This document shows, one piece after another, positions 33,161 to 43,321 of a stretch of DNA of 64,000 nt. The DNA is taken from contig CAVWHX010000009.1 of assembly GCA_963754925.1 (NCBI GenBank), positions 32,001-96,000 of the forward strand. The letters are read 5' to 3'. This stretch comes from an uncultured delta proteobacterium (GTDB lineage Bacteria > Myxococcota > B64-G9). Every line of letters starts with the position of its first letter. Positions within the stretch are counted from its first letter, which is position 1. Under the pieces are notes generated by a model. It was not told the origin of the DNA. It did not search any database and saw only the letters and a program-made list of their open reading frames with translations. A program made the translations under genes and the position numbers.

Positions 33161-33999
33161 GGGTGACCTCCTCGCGAATACGTGATCATGCGCGCCAAGA
33201 TGTTGAGCACGAGCACCACTGCGACGAGCACGAGCGCTGCGGCCCAGGCTTGGCGATGCCAGTCCTCATAGGGAGAGACCGCATAGGTGTAAATCTGCAC
33301 GGGCAGCGATGCGATCGGCTTATCCAGGCTCACGGACCAAAACCGGTTATTGAGCGCGGTGAACAAGAGCGGAGCGGTCTCGCCCGCCGCTCGGGCAACC
33401 GCCAGCATGATGCCGGTGGCGATGCCGGGCGCCCCGGTGCGTAAGACAACCCTGATAATGACCCGCCACTTGGGAATACCCAGCGCCAGGCCCGCTTCCC
33501 TGAGCGAGTCGGGCACCAGCTTGATCAGTTCTTCGGTCGTGCGGGTTATGGTCGGCAACATGATGATGCTGAGCGCAAATCCCCCTGCGAGCGCCGAGAA
33601 ACGGCGCATGGTGAGCACAAACAACGTGTAGGCGAAGACGCCCACGGCGATAGACGGTACGCCGGACATCACGTCGGCGCAGAATCGCACCGTCGTGGCG
33701 AAGCGTTTTTTCCCAAACTCGGCTAAATAGACGGCGGCGAGAACACCCAACGGCAGGCTTATTGCGGAGGCGATGCCGATCAGGATGAGCGTTCCGACCA
33801 GCGCATTGCCAAAACCGCCGCCCAACTCTCCAACCGGCTTCGGCAATTGGGTGAAGAAATCCCCATTGAGGCCGCCGATGCCCTTGGCGCCGACATAGAG
33901 CAGCAAGCTAGCGAGCGGCACAATCGCTACGAAAAGCGCCGCGACACAGGCGCCGCGCGCCGCTATATCAATAATTTTTCGACGGTAGTAAGCGTTCAT
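33157..33999 (-). CDS. pstA: Phosphate ABC transporter permease PstA
   Basis: [30 protein letters not shown] at 33999. Confidence 0.95.
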   Translation of the reverse strand: MNAYYRRKIIDIAARGACVAALFVAIVPLASLLLYVGAKGIGGLNGDFFTQLPKPVGELGGGFGNALVGTLILIGIASAISLPLGVLAAVYLAEFGKKRFATTVRFCADVMSGVPSIAVGVFAYTLFVLTMRRFSALAGGFALSIIMLPTITRTTEELIKLVPDSLREAGLALGIPKWRVIIRVVLRTGAPGIATGIMLAVARAAGETAPLLFTALNNRFWSVSLDKPIASLPVQIYTYAVSPYEDWHRQAWAAALVLVAVVLVLNILARMITYSRGGHP

Positions 34000-34000
34000 G

Positions 34001-34972
34001 TCACAACCTTCCCGCTCCGCCGGGGAGGCGGCCAATGCGCCATACGAGAAGGCGTGCCGTTGCGTTGAGAACGACCGTGACGGCAAAGAGCAGCAGCGCT
34101 ATCTCCGAGAGCGCGGCCAGGTGGAGATTTCCGGTCGCCTCGGTGTATTCGTTCGCTATCACGCTCGCCATGGTATAGGACGGATCAAGAATGGACGCGG
34201 AAATCTCGGCCCGGTTGCCGATAACCATAGTCACGGCCATGGTCTCGCCCAGCGCCCGGCCGAGGCCCAGAATGATCGCTCCAACGATTCCCGAGCGCGC
34301 GGAGGGAAGCACCGCCGTGCGTACGGTTTCCCAGCGGGTGGCGCCAAGCGCATACGCGCCTTCGCGCAAGGTTCCGGGAATGGCCCGCATGACGTCACGG
34401 CTCACCGAGGATATAGTCGGCAGAATCATGATCGCGAGGATGAGGCCACCGGCCAACATATCGAACCCGCCGGCTCTACCCCCGAAAACAGGAACCAGCG
34501 CCGGCTCAATTTCGTCGCGCAACCACGGCGCCAGTACAAAAATGCCCCACAGTCCGTACACCACGCTCGGGATGGCGGCCAGCAGCTCCACGACGAAACT
34601 CAATGGTTTGCGCACCCAAGCCGGCGCAAGCTCGGCTAAATAGATGGCGATGCCGAGCGAAATCGGCACCGCCACCAGAAGCGCGAGCGCCGAAGAGACG
34701 ACCGTCCCATAGATAAACGGCAAGGCGCCGAATGAGTCGCGGACCGGATCCCAATCCCTGCCCGTGATAAAGCCAAGGCCGAAATGGCTCAAGCTCAGGG
34801 CAGAGGCCCGCACCATCTCCACCGCCATGCCGGCAAGCATTAACACGATGACGGCCGCGAACAGAGCGGTAACCGCGCGGAAGAGACGATCGCCCGGATT
34901 CACGTCGCTGCCAAACCACATCGGCCACAGCCCATGGCGTCTCGTCAGTGTGTTGGTAACTCTTTGGGCCAT
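34001..34972 (-). CDS. pstC: Phosphate ABC transporter permease PstC
   Basis: WDP...FGALPFIYGT, ELLAAIPSVVYGLWG, GRALGETMAV. Confidence 0.95.
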   Translation of the reverse strand: MAQRVTNTLTRRHGLWPMWFGSDVNPGDRLFRAVTALFAAVIVLMLAGMAVEMVRASALSLSHFGLGFITGRDWDPVRDSFGALPFIYGTVVSSALALLVAVPISLGIAIYLAELAPAWVRKPLSFVVELLAAIPSVVYGLWGIFVLAPWLRDEIEPALVPVFGGRAGGFDMLAGGLILAIMILPTISSVSRDVMRAIPGTLREGAYALGATRWETVRTAVLPSARSGIVGAIILGLGRALGETMAVTMVIGNRAEISASILDPSYTMASVIANEYTEATGNLHLAALSEIALLLFAVTVVLNATARLLVWRIGRLPGGAGRL

Positions 34973-35002
34973 GATCCTCTCGTAATTAATCTAACCGTGA
35001 AG

Positions 35003-36100
35003 TTACTTGCCGCTGAGCAGGGTTTCTCCGCCGGCGCGCAGACTGCGAAGCTTGGACTCGATCTTGGCGACCGCTTCGGAAGGAAGCGGAGCGTAATACA
35101 ACGCGGGACCGAACGCTTGGCCTTCGTGAATCGCCCACCACAAATACTGCGCCAGGGCCTTGCCTTTTACCTTGTCGGCTTGATCCTGATAGATCAGGAT
35201 ATACGTGAACGCCGCGATCGGGTAGGCGGTTTTTCCCGGAGCGTCAACGACGGAAACACGCAGGTCGTCGGGCATGGCGTTGGCCTCGCTCGCCGCCGCT
35301 GACGTAATTCCCTCAAGGGAGGGTTCTACGAAGGCGCCCGCACGGTTCTTGATGGACGCGAACGTGAGGCCAGTCTGTTTCGCGTAGGCAAGCTCAACGT
35401 AGCCGATGGTGCCGGGGCTCGATTTCACCTGCCCGGCCACCCCTTCGTTACCCTTGGCGCCAAGTCCGACCGGGAATTTCACGCTCTTGCCGGCGCCGAC
35501 CTTCGCTTTCCACGCGGGGCTGATCTTGGAAAGATATTCGGTGAAAATGGCCGTGGTGCCGCTTCCGTCCGAACGGTAGACAATCGTAATCGGCTTATCG
35601 GGAAGCTTTACGCCCGCATTCAGTGATGCAAGCCGTGGGTCGTTCCATTTGTTAATCTCCCCGAGGAAAATACCGGCGGCGACTTCGGGCGATATCTTGA
35701 GACTGCTGACACCCGATACATTATACGTTATGACGACGGCGCCCAATGTCATCGGAATATGCAGTAATGTACCGGGCGCTTTGGCGAGTTCCTCATCGCT
35801 CATGACGGCGTCGCTTGCGCCGAAATCCACCGTGCCCTCGACGATCTGTCGAATGCCCCCGCCCGATCCGATGGACTGATAGTTGATGTGAACGCGCGGA
35901 TCGACCTTTTGGAACTCGGCTATCCACTTGGAGTAGAGGGGATAGGGAAACGTCGCTCCCGCGCCTTGAAGATCGATGGTGTCGCCACCGGCCTGCGCAA
36001 CCAGGTAGTGATCACTATTTTTTCCAAAAGAATCAAACGACTTTTCGGATCCAATCGCAACCGCCGCAATTGAAAGCACCACAAAAAATACGGACCTCAT
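35003..36100 (-). CDS. pstS: Phosphate ABC transporter substrate-binding protein
   Basis: GAGATFPYP, GSGGG, DFGASD, RSDGSGTT, KGNEGV. Confidence 0.97.
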   Translation of the reverse strand: MRSVFFVVLSIAAVAIGSEKSFDSFGKNSDHYLVAQAGGDTIDLQGAGATFPYPLYSKWIAEFQKVDPRVHINYQSIGSGGGIRQIVEGTVDFGASDAVMSDEELAKAPGTLLHIPMTLGAVVITYNVSGVSSLKISPEVAAGIFLGEINKWNDPRLASLNAGVKLPDKPITIVYRSDGSGTTAIFTEYLSKISPAWKAKVGAGKSVKFPVGLGAKGNEGVAGQVKSSPGTIGYVELAYAKQTGLTFASIKNRAGAFVEPSLEGITSAAASEANAMPDDLRVSVVDAPGKTAYPIAAFTYILIYQDQADKVKGKALAQYLWWAIHEGQAFGPALYYAPLPSEAVAKIESKLRSLRAGGETLLSGK

Positions 36101-36127
36101 TGCTCGCTCCTTTCGCGCCTTTAGTGA

Positions 36128-36181
36128 AGCATGTATCGGCTCTGTGACATTTTAGTGACAGCCTTGTAAAATCCTTGTGAA
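36128..36181 (-). promoter_or_regulatory. Pho-box promoter of pstSCAB-phoU
   Basis: Minus strand TTCACA(36181), TTTACA(36170), GTCACT(36159), GTCACA(36148) at 11-bp spacing; CATGCT 15 nt after the start of the last half-site. Confidence 0.85.
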
Positions 36182-36281
36182 CGAGAATGCATAGTGAAAC
36201 TCATACTTGGGATAACCGTATCGATAACTGCCTATTCCCAAACGGTAAACAACAATATATGACTTGGAATATCACTTCGCT

Positions 36282-36677
36282 CTAGCAACTATACCACTCG
36301 ATACCCGCATCAACGCAGCCACCGCCGATACCGCTTTCGACTACATATATTACGTTATAAACGACAGGTTCGAAAAAAGAATACTCCCCCATCGCCTCAA
36401 AGGCGGAATCGATAGTGCGCGCATCGATATAAGCGTCCTGAAAGAAAGCCTCCTTGAGAACAACAACCTTCTTTGTTTGACGTGAGGAGACTGCCGTCCG
36501 CACGGCGTCACGCTGCGCCTCCGCGGTCGTCGCCGATGCCGGTTCAGTGTCGGCCGGTATTTGAGCTGCGGGTTTATTGCGGGCGGTTAGCTTGACCCCG
36601 ACAGCGCCCTCCTTGTTTTTTTCCTCCGCACCAAAAATAGTGCGCATTAAAGCAATTGGATTAACCCGTGTTGCCAT
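36282..36677 (-). CDS. Hypothetical protein (131 aa) with its own Pho-box promoter
   Basis: RBS AAAGGAGG and ATG at 36677 (MATRVNPIALMR...). Confidence 0.55.
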   Translation of the reverse strand: MATRVNPIALMRTIFGAEEKNKEGAVGVKLTARNKPAAQIPADTEPASATTAEAQRDAVRTAVSSRQTKKVVVLKEAFFQDAYIDARTIDSAFEAMGEYSFFEPVVYNVIYVVESGIGGGCVDAGIEWYSC

Positions 36678-36710
36678 CAGTGGCCTCCTTTCGGTCCAAT
36701 GCCAGACAAA

Positions 36711-36753
36711 AGGATACTGACAGCTCGTTACAATGGTATGACGGGTGTGTAAA
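36711..36753 (-). promoter_or_regulatory. Pho-box promoter of the 131-aa ORF
   Basis: Minus strand TTTACA(36753), GTCATA(36742), GTAACG(36731); -10 TATCCT at 36716-36711. Confidence 0.7.
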
Positions 36754-36801
36754 CTCCTGATGATATTTGCACAAATCCTTCCCACAGCATGCCCTGAAGA
36801 A

Positions 36802-36855
36802 TTTACAGACATACCACCTGCCCGTCACGTCAACTTCATATAGCGCCGGTAGAGG
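36802..36855 (+). promoter_or_regulatory. Pho-box promoter of the metallophosphoesterase
   Basis: TTTACA(36802), ACCACC(36813), GTCACG(36824), TTCATA(36835); TAGAGG at 36850. Confidence 0.65.
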
Positions 36856-36911
36856 TTTAAGAGCAGCCGGGCGCGAAGGCGCACAGCTACCTCAAAAAAG
36901 GAGGATTCGTC

Positions 36912-38039
36912 GTGAACGGGAGATCAAATAAAAAAGGACTGGCATCGGTTCTTGTGATTGTCGCGGTCATTTGTTGGTGCAACGTTTTTTCCTTTGCCGA
37001 GTCTCACAAAGAAAGGCTAACATTCAATCCGGATAGGACGTTTAAAATCGTTCAGTTTACCGATACCCAAGATACGCAAGACACCGATCCAAGAACAATA
37101 GCCTTGATCGACGCGGTCCTCGAGGACCAGAAGCCGGATCTGGTGGTTTTCACCGGTGATAACATCAGAGGGGGCGACGACGGCCCCAAGACTCCGTTCG
37201 ACGTGGTAAAGGCGATCAACAATATCGTCTCGCCTGTTGACGATAGGAACATCCCCTGGCTCATCACCTTCGGAAACCATGACGAGGAGAGCAGCGTTTA
37301 CACGGGGCTAAACGCGGACGACCAACTAAAAATCTATATGTCCTATCCGCGCAACCTCAACAAGCCAAGTCCTCAAGGGGTTAGCGGCACGGGTAACATG
37401 AATGTTCTCGTCTATAGCTCGCGGGGACAGAGCCCCGCGCCGGTGTTTAACCTCTGGGCGCTCGATTCAGGAAGATACGCCCCTGAGGAAATCGCAGGAC
37501 AGAAGCTCAATGAGGAGTTCCTCCTCGGTTGGACCGAGATGCCCGATTGGGACGGGATCAAACCGAGTCAGATTTCCTGGTATACCCTGACGTCCGAGTT
37601 TCTTGAAAAAACCTTTGGGAAGAAAATCCCGTCCTTGATGTTCTTCCATATCCCGTTACAGGAGTTCCGGACGATGTTCGAAAACGACGAGTTCAAGCGT
37701 CAGCACCCCGTGCTCAATCGTGCTCCCCAGCACGAGGTGGTTGGCGAGAGGAACGAAGACGAATCTCCCGGTCCTTTCAACAGCGGTTTGTTCTCAGCGC
37801 TGCTTGATCGAGGCGACGTCAAGGGGGTCTTCGTCGGCCACGATCACATCAATGATTATGTCGGGAACTATTTTGGTATTTACCTCGGGTATTCCGCCAA
37901 CACCGGATTCGGTACCTATGGGTTGGGCGGCGCCGATAACCATCGATTAAGAGGCGCGCGCGTCTTTGTACTGAATGAGGATGATCCCGAACACTTTGAA
38001 ACGCATATGGTTTTTGCGAGAGATTACGGAATTCAGTAA
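36912..38039 (+). CDS. Secreted calcineurin-like metallophosphoesterase (Dcr2-like)
   Basis: Signal peptide; FKIVQFTD, DLVVFTGD, FGNHD, FHIP, GHDH.NDY. Confidence 0.88.
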   Translation: MNGRSNKKGLASVLVIVAVICWCNVFSFAESHKERLTFNPDRTFKIVQFTDTQDTQDTDPRTIALIDAVLEDQKPDLVVFTGDNIRGGDDGPKTPFDVVKAINNIVSPVDDRNIPWLITFGNHDEESSVYTGLNADDQLKIYMSYPRNLNKPSPQGVSGTGNMNVLVYSSRGQSPAPVFNLWALDSGRYAPEEIAGQKLNEEFLLGWTEMPDWDGIKPSQISWYTLTSEFLEKTFGKKIPSLMFFHIPLQEFRTMFENDEFKRQHPVLNRAPQHEVVGERNEDESPGPFNSGLFSALLDRGDVKGVFVGHDHINDYVGNYFGIYLGYSANTGFGTYGLGGADNHRLRGARVFVLNEDDPEHFETHMVFARDYGIQ

Positions 38040-38143
38040 GCGTCGTATAATTAACATTGGACGCCTCCCCCATTCGCTTTTCTCTCATTATCCTTAAGTC
38101 ATCTCTAAGGGTCGGGCGCCGTCTTTATCCTCTCCCACGCCTT

Positions 38144-39682
38144 TCATGGTGAAAGGGACAGCTCTGAGTGAGATACGAAGGAGGATACTCGACCACCGGT
38201 GTGACTCTTCGTCGGAAAGTAAATACTATACCTCTCTCCACTGTACTCTTTGGAGAAGACTTCCTGGTTCCGATTCACTCGCTCGATAAAGGCTTGTCGT
38301 GTTGTTTCGCAGGCGCCGTCTCCGGGCAAGCAAGGAAATGATGATGGGCTAAAGATTATCGCTGAGACCGCATCTTTCTTGCTCCAATCATCGTAGATTT
38401 CAGACGCTTCTTCCAAAGAGGAGTAGAACGGTATGAAGAGAGAATCGACGTAGGCTGCAGGAATTGGATCAGAGGTGAGTATGGCGCCTGGTACCGGATG
38501 CGATGCAAAATATCGGTAATATTCGGCTACCATTGGTCGTTCGTTGCTTGACATCATCTCATAGTATTTCCCGTCTTCTCTGACGGATAGAGTTCCCGAA
38601 TAGAGAAAAAACAAAACTATGACGGCCGCGGCTGCGGTGCTGAGTATTATGTTCATTTCTCGTTTTTTTCGCAGCCACTCTAAAAGCCACATGACTCCCC
38701 ATGCTGCACTGATCGCGAAGTACGGGAGCATCACAATGAGGAACCGTGTCTGCTTGTTGATTATCCAAGTAAAGTATCCCAGGTATACCGCCAAAAAGAG
38801 GACGATAGTGCGCCTATGAGTGTTACGAGCGGTTGTTGAAAATACTATCAGCGCGGCGCCAAGGATGACAAACCCCAACATCCAATTGTCATTAATCGCG
38901 GCAGCGGGGTAAAAAGTCAGATTTTGCCAGAAACCGGGGACGCTATCGAATGGGTTTGATTGATGCCAGCTGCCAAGTATTATAGGTCTGAAAAATGCGT
39001 CGATGATGCTGCTTGAATCTGGGTGATACATGAAGTAATTGAAAATGAAAAATGGGGCCACCGTGATGAAGAATGAAGAGGTTATCGTTAAGGCCTTCTT
39101 GAAAAGGTCTTTTGTGTCCTTGTCATAGGCCCATGAGAAAACCAGAGACATGATAATCGCGCCGAATGCGAGTCCTTGAGGAAATCTTGTCAGGAATGAA
39201 ACGCCGCAGAACACTCCAGTTAATGCGTATTTTTTCTTGATGAAAAAGAATAGCGCGCAGAGTACGAAGAATGTCGAAGGGATATCCGACAGCGCGGATC
39301 CGGTATATGAGAAATATGTTGGTGATATCGCCATGGTTAATGCGGCCAAAAGCGCAACTCTTCCATCAAATATTTCCTCTGCGATGAGGTAGGTAATAAC
39401 GATCGCCCCTGCAGAGAATAGGATCTCGACTATTTCCGCAACATACACCTGGGGAAGACCAACTTTCCATATCGTTCCCAATATGAGCGGAAGCACCAGG
39501 GGCCTGATCTCTTCAAATAACCCGATATGGCCAAAAGACATAAGATATTTGCCCATGGCCAGATAGACTGCCTCATCCCATATTATTTCGTGAGGTTTGA
39601 GTAAGAAAAATATCCTTACCACAATAAACAAGGCTATGAGGTACCCTATCCAAATATATTTTTTGAAAAGACTTTCTTTCAT
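38144..39682 (-). CDS. GT-C fold membrane glycosyltransferase (GT39/ArnT-like)
   Basis: WDEAVY first-loop motif, many TM helices, SDIPS, LTRFP; ATGA overlap with the upstream gene. Confidence 0.75.
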   Translation of the reverse strand: MKESLFKKYIWIGYLIALFIVVRIFFLLKPHEIIWDEAVYLAMGKYLMSFGHIGLFEEIRPLVLPLILGTIWKVGLPQVYVAEIVEILFSAGAIVITYLIAEEIFDGRVALLAALTMAISPTYFSYTGSALSDIPSTFFVLCALFFFIKKKYALTGVFCGVSFLTRFPQGLAFGAIIMSLVFSWAYDKDTKDLFKKALTITSSFFITVAPFFIFNYFMYHPDSSSIIDAFFRPIILGSWHQSNPFDSVPGFWQNLTFYPAAAINDNWMLGFVILGAALIVFSTTARNTHRRTIVLFLAVYLGYFTWIINKQTRFLIVMLPYFAISAAWGVMWLLEWLRKKREMNIILSTAAAAVIVLFFLYSGTLSVREDGKYYEMMSSNERPMVAEYYRYFASHPVPGAILTSDPIPAAYVDSLFIPFYSSLEEASEIYDDWSKKDAVSAIIFSPSSFPCLPGDGACETTRQAFIERVNRNQEVFSKEYSGERYSIYFPTKSHTGGRVSSFVSHSELSLSP

Positions 39683-41451
39683 TGGCAGACACCGGGAGCC
39701 ACGGCGAAGTCGCCGGTGAAGTTAAGCACCGCCCAGAACGTGTGCGTGGTTAGATCAACACCGTAGGTGCCCAGGCCATAGCCGCTGGTATAGGGTCCCA
39801 CGACAAACATCTTGGTGCCGCCCGTATTGCCGCTCACCACGTTGACCCACTTCTTGTCTCCTGGGGTCGCGATTCCCAAGCAGCCTGTCTTAGCCATTTT
39901 ATTGCTGACTTTATCGTCATCGTAACTCATGGAGAGGACAAAGATATCGGTTGTAGCTTTGCCCTGCTCCGTCATGCCCCAAAGGGTGAGAATGTCGCTA
40001 TAAAGATCGCCGAATCGGTCCGTCCAGCCCGTATTGACGGCCTTGCTGACGGTCCGGCCGCTGCCGTCCCTTTGAGTGCTGCTGTTGGTCCCGTCGAGGA
40101 TGGCGGCGGTGGTGGTGTCGTATATATCGGATACGACCGAGTACGAGGCGCCCTGGGCGACGATGAATTCCTGGCCGTTGAGGCTATAGCCGAAGGAATC
40201 GCGTTTGGTGAACGTGAGTGTCGGTGTGGCGCTGATGGTCACGTTTTTTCCGGGAGCGGCAGGCGTGCCCATGAGATCCGAGGCGTAATAGTCCACGGTA
40301 ACCGCAGGTCCTTTGACCGTGAAGATGTAGTAACCGATCCGGTAGAGATCTTGACCCAGCGGCGTTTCCCGAGCCACGCCAAACGACGGCACGTCGTATT
40401 TTTCGTCATGGGAAGGCGTTGCCGGGGTATAAAACTTGTAGCTGCAGGAGGCGACGATCAGGTCCGTGATCCTGACCGTTCCCTTGGTGTCGGACACGAG
40501 GGCACGGTTGTGCATGTGGTCATGGCCTCCAATAAAATAGCGCACGCTGTTGCCGAAGAGGGAGTCGATGAAGACGTCCGTTGCCGCCGGGTTCTGGGAA
40601 GGATTCGAGGTGGGATCCAGGTTAACGTTATTGCTCAGGAGAGTATCCACGTGGTTCTCGGTGATGATCCCCTTGTGACTGAAGACAAAGGCATGCGTTC
40701 CGGCGTCTCGCCCGGTTAAGGCGCTGGTGATCCACTCTTGCTGAGGAGCAATAGCGCCGAGTCCGTCCGCGGCGGCATCGGCGGGCGTGAACTGATCAAG
40801 GATCACGAAACGGGCGTTACGATAGTCGAAGGAATAGCTCAAACCCGTCAAATCACCGATCCCCTGGACGTTCCCGGGGGTGCTGAAGTTTGTTCCCGTG
40901 GTGAAGACGGAGCCTCTCTTGGGCGGGAGCTGAATGTTGTCCGTGGTGGTGATGAATGCGTCCCGCGGTGTGGCATTGTGGTGTCCCTTTTGAGTTTGGG
41001 GATAGATGCGCTGGAATTCGCGGGCCGCGGCGGAGTCGGCCACGTAGCCGCTGTCTTCGCCTTCGTGGTTGCCGCGCATAGGGAAGAAGCCGATCCGTGC
41101 GTTGTAGAGAGCCTGGGCATAGGTGGCGCGAGTGTCCATGGCCAACACGGTGCCGTTGTCCGTGAGATCACCTACCTGGATCACGAATTTGACGCGCCTG
41201 TTGATGAATTCCCTATTCACCTGGTCAATAATGCCGACGGCAACGGTATTGGGATTCTTGCCGTCGTCCGTGGGCCATTGCGTATCGCCCATGACGCCGA
41301 ATGCCCAGGTATGCAAGAAGTCTGTCGATGGCACCCGCGAGGAAACCCGGGCATCGAAATCTTCAGTGATGTCCTGCAACTGGTCACAGCCGACAACGAG
41401 GATCGCTGCCGAAAGAGCAATGGCTATGACGGTTTTTCGAATTGACAACAT
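39679..41451 (-). CDS. Lipoprotein metallophosphoesterase with C-terminal beta domain
   Basis: ATG at 41451 after GAGGAGG; lipobox LVVG-C; GDTQ, QVGDLTD, RGNHE, FSHK, GHDHMH. Confidence 0.85.
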   Translation of the reverse strand: MLSIRKTVIAIALSAAILVVGCDQLQDITEDFDARVSSRVPSTDFLHTWAFGVMGDTQWPTDDGKNPNTVAVGIIDQVNREFINRRVKFVIQVGDLTDNGTVLAMDTRATYAQALYNARIGFFPMRGNHEGEDSGYVADSAAAREFQRIYPQTQKGHHNATPRDAFITTTDNIQLPPKRGSVFTTGTNFSTPGNVQGIGDLTGLSYSFDYRNARFVILDQFTPADAAADGLGAIAPQQEWITSALTGRDAGTHAFVFSHKGIITENHVDTLLSNNVNLDPTSNPSQNPAATDVFIDSLFGNSVRYFIGGHDHMHNRALVSDTKGTVRITDLIVASCSYKFYTPATPSHDEKYDVPSFGVARETPLGQDLYRIGYYIFTVKGPAVTVDYYASDLMGTPAAPGKNVTISATPTLTFTKRDSFGYSLNGQEFIVAQGASYSVVSDIYDTTTAAILDGTNSSTQRDGSGRTVSKAVNTGWTDRFGDLYSDILTLWGMTEQGKATTDIFVLSMSYDDDKVSNKMAKTGCLGIATPGDKKWVNVVSGNTGGTKMFVVGPYTSGYGLGTYGVDLTTHTFWAVLNFTGDFAVAPGVCQ

Positions 41452-41492
41452 TGGGTTGATGGTTTCCTCCTCTCGATCAGTTTTCGAAGGGA

Positions 41493-41535
41493 AGGATACT
41501 GAGGATTCGTTACAGCGTTGTGACAACTGCGTAAA
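41493..41535 (-). promoter_or_regulatory. Pho-box promoter of the phosphoesterase-GT operon
   Basis: Minus strand TTTACG(41535), GTCACA(41524), GTAACG(41513); -10 TATCCT at 41498-41493. Confidence 0.75.
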
Positions 41536-41551
41536 TTCTTGATGGTTTCTT

Positions 41552-43321
41552 CTATGAACTGAATAGAGGAAGCGTGAAAAAGAAGGTTGTTCCTCGGCCG
41601 ACGGCACTCTCGACATCGACTGTTCCGTCCATGGCTTCGACCAGGTGTTTTACGATGGACAGGCCGAGTCCCGTGCCGCCGAGCTCGCGCGACCTCCCGG
41701 GGTCAACGCGGTAGAAGCGTTCGAACAGCCGGGGAAGGTGCGCCGGTTCGATACCGGGTCCCGTGTCTTCGATCGACACCCGAACGAATAATCCCTCAAC
41801 CGCGGCCCGAATGTGGACCTCGGTGCCCTCGGGACAGTACTTGACGGCGTTGTCGAGAAGGTTGGCAAGGATTTGATCCACCGCGCGTCGATCCGCCCGC
41901 ACGGGCGGCACGTCGTCCGGCAGGGATTGATGAATCGTGATCCGTTTCGAGGCGGCTCTATCACAGCAGACGGTGAGGGCGTTTTCGATCACGGATCGGA
42001 GACTGAGGGGTTCATAGTGAAGCCTGAACTCACGGGATTCAATCCGCGATAGGTCCAAAAGATCCTCAATGAGATGATGCAGTCGGTCCACGTTTCGCTC
42101 GATGATATCGAGAAAGTCGGAGGCGGCAGCCGGGTCGCTTTTCAACGCTCCGTGGAGCGTCTCCAGCGCGGAACGCGCGGACGCTACCGGGGTGCGGAGC
42201 TCGTGGGAGGCATTGGCTACGAAGTCCCGACGCAACGACTCAAGGCGACGAATGTCGGTCACATCCACAAACACCAACAAGGTGCCCTGATGGGCGGCTA
42301 CCGTGGATGCGTGGACTAACAGCCGACGAGGCTTGATCCCCGCCACGTCGATTTCGCCCGAGACCGCTGTTTGTGCGCTGACCGCTTGATCCAAAAGCGA
42401 CTTGAGCTCGGCGTGGCGTATGACCTCCAGCAGCTGCCGACCGACGACGTCGGAACCAACCAGGAACATCTCGCGGAAAGAGGGATTGAGCAGGGCGAGC
42501 CGTCCTTGGCTATCAACCAGGAGGACGCCTTCCCGCATGCCGGTCAGAATCCCTCCGAGCAGATCGCGTTCGGAGCGCAGATCGGCGAGCGAAGCCGACA
42601 GGCTCTGGGCGAGGCCATTGAGCGTCTGCCCCAGCTCGGCGAACTCGTCGCGCCCGGCAACGGTTGTTCGTGTTGAAAGATCGCCTTGTGCCATCGCCCT
42701 GGCGGCGGCGGTCAGCCCCCGGACCGTACGCGCCGCAAGCTGCGTGGCAACCCCCGAGAACAGCGTGGCCAAGGCCAAGGCCAAAAACGACGCGAGGAGA
42801 ATCACTCGTCTGAGCTTCGCGAGGGACTGGTCGATTTCCACAAGCGGCATGGCGATACGAACAACCCCTACAACCTCGTTGGCGCGGCGAAAGGGAACGG
42901 CGGCATACAATAAACGCCCTTTGATGGTAGTGCTGTAGCGGGCGCTCTCCCCCTGGCCCTTGGCGAGCGCCTCTGCCACCTCCGGCCTATCGGAGTGATT
43001 TTCCAAGCGGGCAAGCTGTTCAAGACTCACTTCCGAATCTCCCAGAACAACGCCGTCACGTCGAATGATGGTCACCCGCGCCCGAGTAAGCCGTCCCAAC
43101 GCGTCGGCGACGGCGTCCCAGGCGGCGGTATCGTCAAGCGGAATGGAGAGCGCCCCGACATCGTGATGAACCAGATCGAGTCGGACGAGAAGGTCGTCGC
43201 GGATGCTGTCGGTAAGAAAGCGATCGAGTGCGGTTGAAAGGTAGCCGTACGCGGCGATACATGAGACGGCGATGAGGCCGAATGAGAGCAGGAAAAGTTT
43301 CGATCGGATGCCAAGCTTCAT
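41552..43321 (-). CDS. phoR: Phosphate regulon sensor histidine kinase (TM-HAMP-PAS-HisKA-HATPase)
   Basis: ENHSDRPEV, RRDFVANASHELRTP, NLLDNAVKY, RLFERFYRVD.GRSRELGGTGLGLSIVKH. Confidence 0.9.
   Translation of the reverse strand: MKLGIRSKLFLLSFGLIAVSCIAAYGYLSTALDRFLTDSIRDDLLVRLDLVHHDVGALSIPLDDTAAWDAVADALGRLTRARVTIIRRDGVVLGDSEVSLEQLARLENHSDRPEVAEALAKGQGESARYSTTIKGRLLYAAVPFRRANEVVGVVRIAMPLVEIDQSLAKLRRVILLASFLALALATLFSGVATQLAARTVRGLTAAARAMAQGDLSTRTTVAGRDEFAELGQTLNGLAQSLSASLADLRSERDLLGGILTGMREGVLLVDSQGRLALLNPSFREMFLVGSDVVGRQLLEVIRHAELKSLLDQAVSAQTAVSGEIDVAGIKPRRLLVHASTVAAHQGTLLVFVDVTDIRRLESLRRDFVANASHELRTPVASARSALETLHGALKSDPAAASDFLDIIERNVDRLHHLIEDLLDLSRIESREFRLHYEPLSLRSVIENALTVCCDRAASKRITIHQSLPDDVPPVRADRRAVDQILANLLDNAVKYCPEGTEVHIRAAVEGLFVRVSIEDTGPGIEPAHLPRLFERFYRVDPGRSRELGGTGLGLSIVKHLVEAMDGTVDVESAVGRGTTFFFTLPLFSS

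Noticed and set aside
41452..41616. N-terminal extension of the 645-aa ORF
   Set aside because: It overlaps the phoR end and the Pho-box promoter; the RBS and lipoprotein signal support ATG 41451.
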